Source of the DNA: a virus
IMG/VR virus record: IMGVR_UViG_3300042298_003052
Location: 1 to 64,000 of that record
Length of the DNA stretch: 64,000 nucleotides
Reading direction: 5' to 3' (one strand)
Position numbers and translations under genes: made by a program. The notes beneath the pieces were generated by a model that made no database searches, was not told the DNA's origin, and saw nothing but the letters and a program-made list of their open reading frames with translations. Shown in pieces: positions 9,073 to 17,704 of this stretch (its first letter is position 1; each line of letters begins with the position of its first letter).

Positions 9073-9863
9073 TTTAGAACTCCATATTCAATAAACGCTT
9101 TTTCGACTAACGCTTCGTAGTTTCTAGCAATAGTCGCTATATGATGGGCGCGATCTTTCCCATTAACGACTCTCCTAGCGGAAACATAATCTCGTTGATC
9201 TCCAGATACATACTGAGGTAAAGATTTACCAGTAAACCAACCACCCATCATACCTTCAATTAACAAAGTAACACTAACGTCAGGACTAACTATAATATCA
9301 GGATTTTGAACCGCATTTACATTATAGATACTAGATATTTTTTTATAATTATTCTTTCCAGTTAACTGTACTAAACCTCTACCAATATATTTACAAGCGT
9401 CTTCTTTACTCAGATTACCCATGCGATTAACATAACCATTACCACCAGCTCTATTGGCGAAATAATCACAGTTTCCTATTTCTACCAATGTGGTAAAGTT
9501 CGCACTTTCATGTTGAGCTGTGGCTAATATATAAGATACTTGTCCAACATCTGTAATATTCAAATTGATCGCACCGTGGATGATAGCGGTAACAACTTCA
9601 GCTTTTCGTCCTATTTGGAAATTTACAGGTAAGCTTTTGTTAATAGTGTTATCCAGTGCTTCTTGAGTAATATTTTGGAGTGATGGTATATGTCGTATAA
9701 CAACCTCTGGTGTTTTTATATTTACCAAAGGTATAGAGACACTAGGAGTTGTTATATCGAACCCGTAGTAATAATAACTCTCAATTGTTTTATTGAGCGG
9801 TTGATGGAAACTAACTGTTAAAAGAATCGCTGGAAAGGACCACTTCAACAAAAATCTAATCAT
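9069..9863 (-). CDS. GH19 chitinase-like endolysin with N-terminal signal/anchor
   Basis: YILATAQHES, YIGRGLVQLTGKNNY, ARRVVNG.DRA. Confidence 0.85.
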   Translation of the reverse strand: MIRFLLKWSFPAILLTVSFHQPLNKTIESYYYYGFDITTPSVSIPLVNIKTPEVVIRHIPSLQNITQEALDNTINKSLPVNFQIGRKAEVVTAIIHGAINLNITDVGQVSYILATAQHESANFTTLVEIGNCDYFANRAGGNGYVNRMGNLSKEDACKYIGRGLVQLTGKNNYKKISSIYNVNAVQNPDIIVSPDVSVTLLIEGMMGGWFTGKSLPQYVSGDQRDYVSARRVVNGKDRAHHIATIARNYEALVEKAFIEYGVLK

Positions 9864-10474
9864 TGAAACAATACCGCTGTAAGATGACCTGTTTTAACTT
9901 TTACAAACATGAATCGTCCGTTTGCATCTTTAGCACGTAGTTGAAGATGTAAATGAGGACCAGTGCCGTTACCAGTATCACCTGTTTCAGCGATCTTCCA
10001 CCCTTTTTCATAACCACCACTTTTACAGGTGTCTTTCTTCAAATGTAAAAGCTGCCATAACATGTCAGCGTACCAAAACTCTGCGTAATAGCCGCCACCA
10101 TTACCATCGAATTTACAGACAACTTCTATATTATCTGGTGCATAAAGAGGTATTCCTATGGGAGTACCTACATCTACACCATTGTGATATTTAGAACAAC
10201 CTGGACAGGGTGACTTTCTAGGCCCCTGTAAACTTGTTACTTTATGAGTGCCAATAACTTGGCCTATAAATGGATCTGTAAGATCAAACGAAGGATTCTT
10301 TTTTTCTACTACAATCTGTTCTGTCGCGGTTTCATAATCTAAAGGGATAAGTATCTCCACATCACCGAATTTGGCATATCCATGATGAACCAATGATTCT
10401 ACTTGTCGGTTCACTGATGGCACTAGAACGATCGCACCACATACACCCCAAGTTACAAAGTGATTATTTATCAT
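9860..10474 (-). CDS. M23 peptidoglycan endopeptidase with N-terminal signal/anchor
   Basis: HNGVD (HxxxD) and TG.GTGPHLH (HxH). Confidence 0.85.
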   Translation of the reverse strand: MINNHFVTWGVCGAIVLVPSVNRQVESLVHHGYAKFGDVEILIPLDYETATEQIVVEKKNPSFDLTDPFIGQVIGTHKVTSLQGPRKSPCPGCSKYHNGVDVGTPIGIPLYAPDNIEVVCKFDGNGGGYYAEFWYADMLWQLLHLKKDTCKSGGYEKGWKIAETGDTGNGTGPHLHLQLRAKDANGRFMFVKVKTGHLTAVLFQ

Positions 10475-10766
10475 TTGACCTCATAAAAGGAACATCAATA
10501 TGATCTACTATGGGTAACGCAAATTTACTATAACCAGGGGCCATAACTTGACTGATCGCGATCGCTACGGCAGCTCCCGTTATTAACCAATATTTACGAT
10601 CTATAGTGCGATCTTTAATAACTATCACATACTCATCTTCTTCCTCTTGTTGTTCATAAATCGTGGTTTGTTGAGCCTTTATAGTAGCTAAGGTAGTTAG
10701 CTGTTCAGCAAGGCGTGTATTACCCTCCTGAACAGCTACTTCTATAAGACGTTCGATGTTGTCCAC
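10464..10766 (-). CDS. small single-pass membrane protein
   Basis: One hydrophobic helix (YWLITGAAVAIAIS). Confidence 0.6.
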   Translation of the reverse strand: MDNIERLIEVAVQEGNTRLAEQLTTLATIKAQQTTIYEQQEEEDEYVIVIKDRTIDRKYWLITGAAVAIAISQVMAPGYSKFALPIVDHIDVPFMRSNDK

Positions 10767-10772
10767 TGTCTT

Positions 10773-11777
10773 CTACTTCTGAATTTTGTAATTCTTACCC
10801 TTAGGCGTAATCCTAGTGACAGCTTTTTGAGCGTCAGTAGAAGCGTTTCCTGTGATGCTACCAAGTAGATGTTTACCAAAGTCTACCGCGTAGGTTGTAC
10901 GCGCTTGATTGCTCCTAGCATCAATCATAGCATCAGGAATCAATTCAGCGATCGCTTGTAAGATAGCATCACATATTGGAAGTAATACGTGAGGGGAAAC
11001 CATAAGAACGATCGCTAGGAATAAACAGTTTATCCAACCAGGGATGAAAGGAAACAGTTTAGCTGCTCCCGTTTGATCCATTCCTAAGTAATTAGTCGAT
11101 ACGTTTGCTAACACAATTGTAATAATACAAAAGACTTTGCCAAAAAACACTAAACGTTCAAGAGTTGATACTTGACCGTCTTCATTGGTATCAACACGAA
11201 GAAATCGACTTAGGACGACTTCTCCGTTTACTTTGATATTGGTGCTAACACCTAAACCAAAAATGATGAAGCCGATCGCTGCACTTAGAACAATGCTAAT
11301 CGCACTATTCCTACCATCCGCCGTTAGTGTCGCTGACAATCCCCAAAAAGAAAATACAGCATCAAAAAATGACAGCAGTGGTACTCCGATAAACTTAACC
11401 GTGGAAAATGTAAGACCTAATGCAGCCAAGGTGTTTAGATCGTGTAAGTATGTCGATTCTCTTCGCATTCTACTCTGCTCCGCTTGTACATGAACTTGTT
11501 CTACTTGTCTCTGTTCTATAGGATCACTCAATTTAGTGTTGTATACGCTAGGTATACGTTCTTGTGGATGTTGTGATCCTGGTAAATGCGATCGCTGATT
11601 GCCTAATCGTGATCCTTGCATCTGTGATGGTCGTCTATTTTCCTCCGGTGGTTGTGTATTACGGCTATGTTCAATTATCCACTGTTCTTGTTTATGTTCT
11701 GGCCAATCGAAAAAATCGTTTGGTAAGTCAGACGGTAGATTAAATGGTTGCGACATAGTAAGACTCCTTTTTTTCAA
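10773..11777 (-). CDS. polytopic membrane protein with an EF-hand-like loop
   Basis: About four TM helices; DTNEDGQVSTLE fits a DxNxDGxxxxxE Ca-binding loop. Confidence 0.65.
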   Translation of the reverse strand: MKKRSLTMSQPFNLPSDLPNDFFDWPEHKQEQWIIEHSRNTQPPEENRRPSQMQGSRLGNQRSHLPGSQHPQERIPSVYNTKLSDPIEQRQVEQVHVQAEQSRMRRESTYLHDLNTLAALGLTFSTVKFIGVPLLSFFDAVFSFWGLSATLTADGRNSAISIVLSAAIGFIIFGLGVSTNIKVNGEVVLSRFLRVDTNEDGQVSTLERLVFFGKVFCIITIVLANVSTNYLGMDQTGAAKLFPFIPGWINCLFLAIVLMVSPHVLLPICDAILQAIAELIPDAMIDARSNQARTTYAVDFGKHLLGSITGNASTDAQKAVTRITPKGKNYKIQK

Positions 11778-11780
11778 CTA

Positions 11781-12815
11781 CTAAACGCTTCTATCCCATT
11801 CATCAAAAACGCCTCTAACTTGTTCCCATTTCCTCCCTCCTTCGATGTTGAACATTATGCTAGCGATCGTTCTACGATTGTGATGATCTTTTAATTGACA
11901 ATATCTTAGAAAAGCCTCCTTGTTGTTAACGTCAAGATCGTAAAAGTTATTTTGTTGCGATCGTTCTCGAATTGAACTCAACTGAGTTCTGATGTAATCT
12001 ATATCGTCAACAGTGATAGTAGCAACTGGTTTCGGATCCATTTCCGCTTCGCTTCCACTTATTTCCGCTCTGCTTCCACTTCGCTTCCAGTTGCTTCCGT
12101 TTATTTCCGGGTTGTTTCCGCTTTGCTTCCACTTATTTCCGGCTATTTCCACTTCATTTCCGCCCGTTTCCGCTCTGCTTCCGGTCGCTTCCGGGCCATT
12201 TCCGGGGCATTTCCACTCTGCTTCCGGGCCATTTCCGCTCATCGAAAATCGCGGAAGCGGTTGGGAAATGGGGGTTCCTGCCCACGGGGACGGTACGCTT
12301 CCGCCAGGAGGGACAGGTAGAGGATCAACAATCGTGTTTTGAGAAATTCGATCTTCTTCATATTGACCTAACCAATATTCTACTTGTGCGCGAGAAAAAT
12401 ATTTAACAGCACCATACCCTAAGCCAAGGGCAGCAACACAAACCAACGTTGTAGTTGTAAAACTGTCCTGACCTAGTTGAGGATATTCATTGACGATGTA
12501 GGAAGATTGAGAAGCTGCAGAGACAGTCTCAATCGCAATCTCTTGCTGTGGTGAACGTTTACGCATAGGCATAACGACACCGTTCTGAGAACATTGACCC
12601 GCCGCTTCCATCTCTCTATAGGCGTCGTATTGCCCATAACCAGGAACGTCATAGGAAGACGGTAGGTGCGTTATCAAATAGGAAGAACCATCCTCCAAAC
12701 GAATATACCATCCATTGTCCCCAGTATCGGACCCAACTGGGTACACTTGGGTACATTTGGGTGTGTATTCGATACTAGGATGCCCCGCAGGGGACATGTC
12801 TTGACTTCTATTCAT
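11781..12815 (-). CDS. membrane-anchored protein with an internal DNA repeat and a possible C-terminal HTH
   Basis: One TM; low-complexity segment encoded by the GGAA array; helical C-terminus (RRTIASIMF..EGGRKW). Confidence 0.6.
   Translation of the reverse strand: MNRSQDMSPAGHPSIEYTPKCTQVYPVGSDTGDNGWYIRLEDGSSYLITHLPSSYDVPGYGQYDAYREMEAAGQCSQNGVVMPMRKRSPQQEIAIETVSAASQSSYIVNEYPQLGQDSFTTTTLVCVAALGLGYGAVKYFSRAQVEYWLGQYEEDRISQNTIVDPLPVPPGGSVPSPWAGTPISQPLPRFSMSGNGPEAEWKCPGNGPEATGSRAETGGNEVEIAGNKWKQSGNNPEINGSNWKRSGSRAEISGSEAEMDPKPVATITVDDIDYIRTQLSSIRERSQQNNFYDLDVNNKEAFLRYCQLKDHHNRRTIASIMFNIEGGRKWEQVRGVFDEWDRSV
12042..12236. repeat. helically phased TTCC/GGAA array, 19 copies at 10-11 bp spacing
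   Basis: TTCC at 12042, 053, 063, 074, 085, 095, 105, 116, 127, 137, 147, 158, 168, 179, 189, 200, 211, 222, 233. Confidence 0.9.
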
Positions 12816-13218
12816 TGCTACCTTCTCCTAGTGCTAGTCTCGGAAACAGGCCATTTAGAGCTAATCGAGCATCAACTTTGCTACTGAAATCAATGTCGTT
12901 ATATACAGTGGGACGGTCGATCGCGATCGTTTGAATCTCAGGTGCCTGTAGCTTAGCTAATTCCTCAGCCAAGTAATGCGATCGTACATTGCCTGTTAAT
13001 ACTTGCTTTTCGTAGAACTTAGAAAACTTTTTAGCGTTATCTTGTTCGTGTGAAATGATCGCTGTGTAAAGCTTCTCGTAGTGCTGATCTGAGAGGGCTA
13101 GAGTAGCCTTCACCAGAGTAATGTCCGTACTGGTGTCATAAGTGGTTTCGCCTGTTTTAGGGGGTGTAACGGGCGTTTCCTGCTCTTCTTTTAGCTTATT
13201 GATTGGTTTCGCTGCCAT
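12808..13218 (-). CDS. hypothetical protein
   Basis: ORF overlaps both neighbours in the operon. Confidence 0.6.
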   Translation of the reverse strand: MAAKPINKLKEEQETPVTPPKTGETTYDTSTDITLVKATLALSDQHYEKLYTAIISHEQDNAKKFSKFYEKQVLTGNVRSHYLAEELAKLQAPEIQTIAIDRPTVYNDIDFSSKVDARLALNGLFPRLALGEGSNE

Positions 13219-13490
13219 GACAAGAATAATTCCTCATAAAATTGAATCCGTCTGTTTCGTCTACCGTGTCTAGATCCTTTCTTCGCTTTTTCAGAAGAAA
13301 TAGCCCAAAAAGAAAGACATACGGCATCTTCAATTGTGTAAACTCTGACCTTGCTAGGGTCATAAACAGGTAAGTCAAGGATTTCCCTCATCCACCTAAA
13401 TAAGGTGGTTTTACTTACCCGTTTCTTTGTTTCTCGTTCTACAAACTGTTTTACCTCTCCTAGAGAAAGTATTAGCTCACTGTAGGTCAT
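13191..13490 (-). CDS. MerR/excisionase-like HTH DNA-binding protein
   Basis: LSL.EV...VSKTTLFRW...L...Y..ED pattern; basic; first gene of the leftward operon. Confidence 0.6.
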   Translation of the reverse strand: MTYSELILSLGEVKQFVERETKKRVSKTTLFRWMREILDLPVYDPSKVRVYTIEDAVCLSFWAISSEKAKKGSRHGRRNRRIQFYEELFLSWQRNQSIS

Positions 13491-13527
13491 GTTAGATATT
13501 ATACACCACTCAATATGTGTTTTCGAG

Positions 13528-13950
13528 AGGTGCCATCAATTGAAACGCTCACTATGTAAGCATTATAAGAATTGTATCATCCATCTAAGTAAGAGGTGCC
13601 ATCAATTTACATTTCTTTACATTTCTTTACATTGAAAAATAGTGAGTATAAGTGCGTATGATTAGTGGTACCTCTTTTAGGTGCCATCGTTCTTCAGTAT
13701 TTTTACTTATCGATAGCTGCATAGCGATCAATGGCACCTCCCTAAGGTGCCATCAATACAATGGTTCTTGATTATCTACGATGAGTATAAGTGCGTATGA
13801 TTAGTGGTACCTCTTTTAGGTGCCATTGATCGCCCGTATTTTTACTTATCGATAATTAGTTGCACCTTAAAATGGCGATATTAATATGACGATATTTTTA
13901 GTGAGTATAAGTGCGTACAATTGATGGTACCTCTCTAAGGTGCCACTAAT
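13528..13950. repeat. array of 31-bp palindromes (13-5-13; core TGGYACCT-N5-AGGTGCCA)
   Basis: Full sites at 13661, 13727, 13800, 13920; half sites at 13528, 13594, 13855; TGAGTATAAGTGCGTA x3 and GTATTTTTACTTATCGATA x2 between them. Confidence 0.9.
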
Positions 13951-14005
13951 CGATGTTCATCTCTCAGGACGATCGCATTTTTAGAGCGATCATCGGTTAA
14001 ATCGT

Positions 14006-14177
14006 TCGATCAGGTCAGATTGATCTAATCCCTTTTTTCATTTTGACTAATCGATCAGGTCAAATTGAACCAATCGATTAGTCAAAACAATTTAACCGAT
14101 CACTTCTGAATTATCGATTAGACCAAATTGACCCATTCGATTAGACCAAATTGACCCATTCGATTGGTCAAAATGAA
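14006..14177. repeat. 23-bp iteron cluster (TCGATYAGRYCARATTGA...)
   Basis: Units at 14006, 14051, 14114 and 14137 (last two identical), plus inverted partial copies; 27/28 identity to 36605-36632. Confidence 0.85.
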
Positions 14178-14472
14178 TTTAGATGATTGATCGCGATCGT
14201 TCTTCCATTTCGTTTGTCGATTAGTTCCTTAGTATGTGGTTCCTGTGATAACCACTGTTAGTCCTCTCAGAATCGTTTTTAAGAGGCGCTAAAGGCAGTC
14301 GAGGTAATTCTTATCGTTAATTTGTTAATCAGGCTTACAGAGGGTTTAGAGGCGATATTTTCTGTTTCTACCCTCTTTTTTTTGTAGATCGATCGCGATC
14401 GAATGAAATAGGAATGAAATAAGGACGATCGCGATCGTTTTTTTTATATAATTTTCAGTGTTTATATATATC

Positions 14473-14725
14473 GACCCCATTCACATAGATGCTGTGTGTG
14501 TGCTGCTGTAGATCTCTCTATATTTCTCTTTTTTCTAAGTCCTTTTATGATCTTTCCCTCTTTGTTGCGAAAACCCGGAGCCTTGTATATAATCTAAGCC
14601 TCCGGGAAAACGAAACAAACCTCGAAAGCATTGATATATAAAGGTTATAGCAAATAGAATAATGAAAAATAGCACGAAAATAGGTGATAAGAGGGAACAC
14701 ACACAGCATCTATGTAAAGGGGGTC
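14473..14725. repeat. long-range inverted repeat with 29-bp arms around an inner hairpin
   Basis: 14473-14501 versus 14697-14725, 2 mismatches; inner CCCGGAG/CTCCGGG at 14574-14606. Confidence 0.85.
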
Positions 14726-14855
14726 AACCTATTGCTATATAAGGATTACAGCTAATTCTATAAAAAATTATATATATAAAAATAAAGGAAAAGTAATTAT
14801 AAATGACGATCGCGATCTATCTAGAAACGGATATTAGAAATTACTCTATTACTAC

Positions 14856-14885
14856 TTGACAATATATCGAATAAAGATATAAAAT
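14856..14885 (+). promoter_or_regulatory. sigma70-type promoter for the copG-rep operon
   Basis: TTGACA at 14856; TATAAA at 14878 or TAAAAT at 14880 (16 or 18 bp spacer); 30 bp before the ATG at 14916. Confidence 0.65.
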
Positions 14886-14915
14886 TAGTAATAATCAATA
14901 CTTTAGGTTTATCAA

Positions 14916-15116
14916 ATGAAAAAAGTTGTAAAAGAAATGAAGAGGGGTGCTTACAGACGGCTTGATAACGATTCTCCTAAGTCGTTTTACCAATTCTGTA
15001 TGACCGAAGACGAAAAAAAGGAACTTTACGATATTTCTTGCGAGATGGGTATTACTATGGCTGCTGTACTTCGTATTGGTATTGAGTTGGTTAAGAAGGA
15101 GCGGAAGACTAATTAG
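14916..15116 (+). CDS. ribbon-helix-helix (CopG-like) regulator
   Basis: F.F.MTEDEKKEL......GITMAAVLR pattern; lies just upstream of a Rep-like gene. Confidence 0.65.
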   Translation: MKKVVKEMKRGAYRRLDNDSPKSFYQFCMTEDEKKELYDISCEMGITMAAVLRIGIELVKKERKTN

Positions 15117-15142
15117 TTTAATGTAGTAAGGAATCGAAGATA

Positions 15143-17692
15143 ATGATCGTTAAAGTTTCTCTAGATCTGAAAACAAAGCTTTCTAACAAACCCGATAGAA
15201 ATACTAAAGAAGGTCAAGATCTGATTGGAGCGATCGTAAACAGATTAACACCTACTGAAGTAAAGATCGCGGAATTAGCTTCCTATATTATTGACGGCTA
15301 TAGTTGGTCCCCTTCGGTGTGTTCTCAAAAAAAGACGGTTGAATACTTTGTGTTCTCTCGTTTATTAGCTATGGACTTTGATAATAAAAGATCAGTTATT
15401 ACTCCAGAGCAAGTTAAAACTCGTTTAGAAGAGTATGGTATTGACTGGAAATTTTTTCATACTTCTTTTAGCGATACTCCCGAAACAAGAAAATTTCGTG
15501 TTGTTTTCGATTCTGGTAGACATCTAGATAAAACAGAAACTCTAAACTATCTGAATAGATTACATGTTTTGTTTCCTGAAGCAGATTTAACTTCAAATCG
15601 TCTCGTTCAGTTCTATTTCGGAGGTCGTGAATTATTACTTGAAAATTTTGATTCGACGCCTTTAAACTACGATCTGTTAAAAAGTGCTGCCGATAGTGAA
15701 GCAGCTAAAAATTGTAGTGATAGATCGGCTAGAACCATTATAAGTCGTGCCACTAATCTCAAAATATCCGAAAACGAATCATTGTCTTTTGTTGATGGTG
15801 GGAAAGCCACTTACGATATAATTTCCAAACCTGACTTTAATCGGTTGTGCGATCGCGTTGTCTTAATTAAAGCTTTACGAGATGGTGTACCTGAGTCTAC
15901 AGAACAATACGAAATAGGAGATCGTCTATCTTATCCCGATCTTTTCACTGCTATCACCAATCTCTTGCCTTTTGAGGGTGGTCTTAAACAGGCTGAGCGT
16001 TGGATGGTCGCTGACGGGCGTTACGAATCGAAACATTACAGGATCTTCAACTCACTGCGTAAGCACCCTGACTATTTTCCCGCTAATTTATGTTATAGTC
16101 CTTTTATAAAGGATCACCGGTATTCTAACGCCGCTACGGCTTATAAAAACGAGGGTAAAGCTGTGAAGATTCCAAATGTTAAACTTTCCGCCTACACAGT
16201 AGAAGAGGCCGACAAAATCATGACGGCGGCGTTCTACGATGCTGTTGATCGTAAAGATAACAGCGTGACAGTTCTTAAATTCGCTACAGGACAAGGCAAG
16301 ACTCGTATGCAAGCTGAAATTTATAAACAGTACGAACGCCAAGGTGTAGCTTTATTCTGTGGTTTTACCACACACAAGTTAAAAGACGAATTTATTAATA
16401 AATACTTAGGTGAGACAGAAACGCTCTCTGCGGTAGTTACTCCTGAACAACCTCCTAATATACCTGGTAATATTGACGAACTTTATAACGTAGGCGCGTA
16501 TATCAAAGCTCAAGCCGCTATAAAGGCTCTAAAAAGAAAAACTAAGGATACTGATCTTAAAGAGCAACTACTGTCCTACGAAAGAAGAAATGCTGAGGCG
16601 TACGGTACCCAAACACGATCTATTATTGGAACTACTCGTAAAGCTCTAACGAAGAACGCTCGTACGAATCGATATCCGTTTGGTCATTGTAAACTTTTTA
16701 TTTTCGACGAGGATATCATTTCCGAATTGTTACCTACTTATTATATCACTCGTGAAGATCTTAACGTTCTTCGTTCGTTAGTTAGAAGAGAACAGAACGA
16801 TAACCTGACTAGATCAGTCGAACCTGTTATTTCGTACTATTTAGAAATTATTGAGAAGGAAGCCTATATAATACAGGATATGCCACACTTTGTTATTTCT
16901 GACAAAGCTAATTTATTACTAACAACTATAGTGGCAGATAATTCTAATCGTTTTGACGGTAATATTTTAGACGTTTTTCGTTTACGTGGAAAGTTTTGCT
17001 TAGACACGAACGATCTTGGTAAACTTAACTTCGTTGGTAAAAAAGAATTACCTAGCGATCGCCAATATATAATTCTTTCAGCTACCGCTGATGAAAATAT
17101 TTACAGATATCTTATTGACGAGGATAGACTAAACTTCGTGGATATATCCAACGTGGTTCCCAAAGGTAAATTGATCCAGGACACAACTAAATCCTGTTCC
17201 AGACGATCTTTGAGCAATCCTGAAACAGAAAACTATGTTAGGATTAAATTGGAAGAAGCTGGAGATCCTGAAGTGATCACGTTTAAGGCTTTCAAAGATC
17301 GTTTCCTTAACGTTTGCAAAAATATCCATTTTGGTAATTGTTCTGGATACGATGATCTTAAAGGTAAAAATATAGCGGTCGTCGGTACTCCCCATCCTCC
17401 TCAGTCTTTAGTTGAACTTATAGCGGCTGTCCTCGGTATGGAAACCCCGCCCTATGTTTCCGTGGTACAACAGGAAATTTTTCGTAACGGATTCCGATTT
17501 ATTTTTCGTACCTATGAGAATCTGAACTTGCAAAATATTCATCTTGCGCTAATTGAACAAGAACTGATTCAGGCTGTTGGTCGAGCTAGAATTTTAAGAA
17601 CGAACGCTACAGTTTGGTTATTTTCTAACTATCCTCTCCCCGACTATAGCGACGTAAAAATTATCAATATCAACGAAACTGTAGAAGTTTAG
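15143..17692 (+). CDS. AEP-family primase fused to an SF2-like helicase (Rep-like)
   Basis: AMDFDN, HTSFS and KFRVVF primase motifs; ATGQGKT, FIFDED, LSAT and QAVGRAR helicase motifs. Confidence 0.75.
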   Translation: MIVKVSLDLKTKLSNKPDRNTKEGQDLIGAIVNRLTPTEVKIAELASYIIDGYSWSPSVCSQKKTVEYFVFSRLLAMDFDNKRSVITPEQVKTRLEEYGIDWKFFHTSFSDTPETRKFRVVFDSGRHLDKTETLNYLNRLHVLFPEADLTSNRLVQFYFGGRELLLENFDSTPLNYDLLKSAADSEAAKNCSDRSARTIISRATNLKISENESLSFVDGGKATYDIISKPDFNRLCDRVVLIKALRDGVPESTEQYEIGDRLSYPDLFTAITNLLPFEGGLKQAERWMVADGRYESKHYRIFNSLRKHPDYFPANLCYSPFIKDHRYSNAATAYKNEGKAVKIPNVKLSAYTVEEADKIMTAAFYDAVDRKDNSVTVLKFATGQGKTRMQAEIYKQYERQGVALFCGFTTHKLKDEFINKYLGETETLSAVVTPEQPPNIPGNIDELYNVGAYIKAQAAIKALKRKTKDTDLKEQLLSYERRNAEAYGTQTRSIIGTTRKALTKNARTNRYPFGHCKLFIFDEDIISELLPTYYITREDLNVLRSLVRREQNDNLTRSVEPVISYYLEIIEKEAYIIQDMPHFVISDKANLLLTTIVADNSNRFDGNILDVFRLRGKFCLDTNDLGKLNFVGKKELPSDRQYIILSATADENIYRYLIDEDRLNFVDISNVVPKGKLIQDTTKSCSRRSLSNPETENYVRIKLEEAGDPEVITFKAFKDRFLNVCKNIHFGNCSGYDDLKGKNIAVVGTPHPPQSLVELIAAVLGMETPPYVSVVQQEIFRNGFRFIFRTYENLNLQNIHLALIEQELIQAVGRARILRTNATVWLFSNYPLPDYSDVKIININETVEV

Positions 17693-17704
17693 AGACTCTT
17701 CGCT

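Noticed and set aside
12013-12342. Plus-strand ORFs across the TTCC array
   Set aside because: Open only because the repeat lacks stop codons; no RBS or recognisable protein features.
13528-13950. CRISPR array (palindromic repeats about 66 bp apart)
   Set aside because: Repeats vary, spacing is irregular, the would-be spacers are themselves repeated, and no cas genes are in the window.
14473-14725. Protelomerase (telRL) site
   Set aside because: The arms are about 195 bp apart rather than a contiguous perfect palindrome, and no protelomerase gene is seen.
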